From a virus: a DNA stretch of 64,000 nt. The position numbers and the translations under genes are program-made. The first letter of the stretch is position 1. Every line of letters starts with the position of its first letter. The stretch lies in IMG/VR virus record IMGVR_UViG_3300030114_000522, one strand, 5' to 3'. Below the pieces are notes generated by a model. It saw only the letters and a list, made by a program, of their open reading frames with translations, was not told the origin of the DNA and searched no databases. Below, in pieces: positions 62,407 through 64,000 of this stretch.

Positions 62407-62562
62407 CTAAATAGTTATAAAAGTATAGAATTAATTGAAAATATTCAAAATTAAGAATGAGGGTATAACTAGGTTGTAGAGTTTTAAAAAGTGGGTAAAA
62501 CTTAGTTTTTATTGCATTATTGAAAATGATTATCAATTAAAAAAACAAGGAGTAGATGAATA

Positions 62563-62943
62563 ATGTTAAAAATATTATATAAAAATAAAACAGAAGAAGA
62601 ATTAGAAGGAAAGATTAAGTTTTATCAAGGAGACCAACCAGCTACTTGTAATTATAATTTTATTATTAATGGTAAAAATGGAAGTGAGGTTGAAAACTTA
62701 AAATTAGTTTATGACGATAAAACTGATGAAGGTGTTTGTTTCTCATATTATAGTTATTATTTTTACGATGGATATGAAAAATATCAAGAATTATATAAGC
62801 AATCAATTAGAGAATTAAAATTAGAAAAGAAATTTAATAAGCTTATAGAAGAATATGGTGAACATATTAGTTTGGAAGATTTATCTGATTGGTTGGTATT
62901 CAATGAAGACAAAATAAAAGATATCTATAAGGAGAATGAATAA
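62563..62943 (+). CDS. hypothetical protein
   Basis: RBS. Confidence 0.7.
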   Translation: MLKILYKNKTEEELEGKIKFYQGDQPATCNYNFIINGKNGSEVENLKLVYDDKTDEGVCFSYYSYYFYDGYEKYQELYKQSIRELKLEKKFNKLIEEYGEHISLEDLSDWLVFNEDKIKDIYKENE

Positions 62944-63247
62944 AATGGATTTAAGGGCAATATACATACCAGATTTAGCATTTAGCCCAAAGGAAGGTGG
63001 TTTTATATTTGAATATTATATAGATACTAATACCTTTAAAATGATAATAGATGAAGAAATACAATATGATTTAGAATGTGTTATTGAAGATGAAAATTTT
63101 ATGGTATTTACTAGTCAAATAACTTGTGATAGTTGGTATCCATATGATGAAGAACATACCGTAAAAAGTGGAGATGTTGATTTTATTGACAAGAAAGATA
63201 TCTATAAAATAATTGAACAAATTAAGAAAGAAAGAAGTGATATTTAA
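62936..63247 (+). CDS. hypothetical protein
   Basis: Coupled ORF. Confidence 0.7.
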   Translation: MNKMDLRAIYIPDLAFSPKEGGFIFEYYIDTNTFKMIIDEEIQYDLECVIEDENFMVFTSQITCDSWYPYDEEHTVKSGDVDFIDKKDIYKIIEQIKKERSDI

Positions 63248-63646
63248 ATGATTAATGTAGATGAATTTTTATTAAAAAGCAATTTAGAATTAGGTATATA
63301 CGCTTTAGTAACGTATAATAATAGAACAGAAGCAACTTGGTTTTCTAAACATGATTACGAGGGCAAGGACTGGTTTTTAGAATCTCCTTGTGAATTATAT
63401 AGAATAACAGAAGTTGATAAACCAGTAGAAGAATTTGCTAAAGAGTATATAGACGGCTTATTAGAAAATGGTACAAATGAACAAGACTATATTAATAAAT
63501 GGATATTACCTATGATAGTAGATAATGTATTATATGAAATAGAAAATTTTCAATATTCGCCTTATTTACCTAAAGAAGTTGATGATATTAAATTAATAAG
63601 TGAAAGAGAGTGCCTAGAATATATGTTAAAGGAGATGAATAAATAA
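63248..63646 (+). CDS. hypothetical protein
   Basis: Coupled ORF. Confidence 0.7.
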   Translation: MINVDEFLLKSNLELGIYALVTYNNRTEATWFSKHDYEGKDWFLESPCELYRITEVDKPVEEFAKEYIDGLLENGTNEQDYINKWILPMIVDNVLYEIENFQYSPYLPKEVDDIKLISERECLEYMLKEMNK

Positions 63647-64000
63647 ATGGATTTAAGAATGTATATATTAGTTAATAAAGATATTGAAATAGGCAAAGGA
63701 AAAGTAGCAGGACAAGTAGGTCATGCAGTAGCTTCATATTTTTATCATTGCAAGGATAAAGAATTAATTAAGAATTATATGGAGAATCAACAAAAGAAAA
63801 TTATTCTAGCGTGCCCACAAGCTAAATTAGAAGAGTTTGAACAACAAGGATATATTTCTATAAGAGATAATGGATTGACCGAATTAGAACCTAATACACT
63901 AACTTGTGTTACTTTAGGAATAATTGATTGTGATGATGTTAATGAATATGGAGATAATCCAGTTCCTAAATATATTAAAAGATTAAGATTATATAAATAA
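63647..64000 (+). CDS. pth2: Peptidyl-tRNA hydrolase, Pth2 family
   Basis: MYILVNKD...GKGKVAGQVGHA, KKIIL, IRDNGLTE..PNTLT..G. Confidence 0.88.
   Translation: MDLRMYILVNKDIEIGKGKVAGQVGHAVASYFYHCKDKELIKNYMENQQKKIILACPQAKLEEFEQQGYISIRDNGLTELEPNTLTCVTLGIIDCDDVNEYGDNPVPKYIKRLRLYK

Noticed and set aside
1-64000. tRNA, rRNA, CRISPR arrays and virion structural genes
   Set aside because: None recognised by eye; tRNAscan and Infernal runs would be needed to exclude divergent RNAs.

Overview
Very AT-rich segment of a large temperate Firmicutes (Clostridium-like) phage or phage-plasmid related in gene content to SPbeta-like phages and C. botulinum phage c-st. No virion genes, CRISPR arrays, tRNAs or rRNAs were seen. 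Left arm (1-17 kb, mostly minus strand): a YonO-like single-subunit RNA polymerase that the ORF track missed because it runs off the window, a tandem HNH/AP2-like protein, a HAD nucleotidase, a T5orf172/GIY-YIG protein, an HTH initiator-like protein, a Rep_3 replicon with iterons, a TubY-TubR-TubZ partition locus, an FtsK plus replication-relaxation operon, and an IS607 element (TnpA probably dead, TnpB intact). A 2.3 kb non-coding region with an abrupt GT-rich to AC-rich switch separates the arms. Right arm (20-64 kb, plus strand): dozens of small, mostly single-gene early units, plus an SF2 helicase, Bro/ANT antirepressor, intact tyrosine recombinase, an SPbeta-type control block (DndB-like, MrpR-like, orphan MazF) and a Pth2. 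The most striking signals are non-coding: (1) a 17-bp TAAAW-N7-TTYAT recombinase-core-like site repeated at gene boundaries (possible integron-like cassette array); (2) a ~23-bp operator in >20 copies; (3) four conserved atypical promoters; (4) a type I hammerhead ribozyme with a compensatory U3-A8 core; (5) minigenes ending ATA-TAA; (6) compact pseudoknots; (7) periodic gyrase-site-like elements. All calls are by eye; no searches were run.
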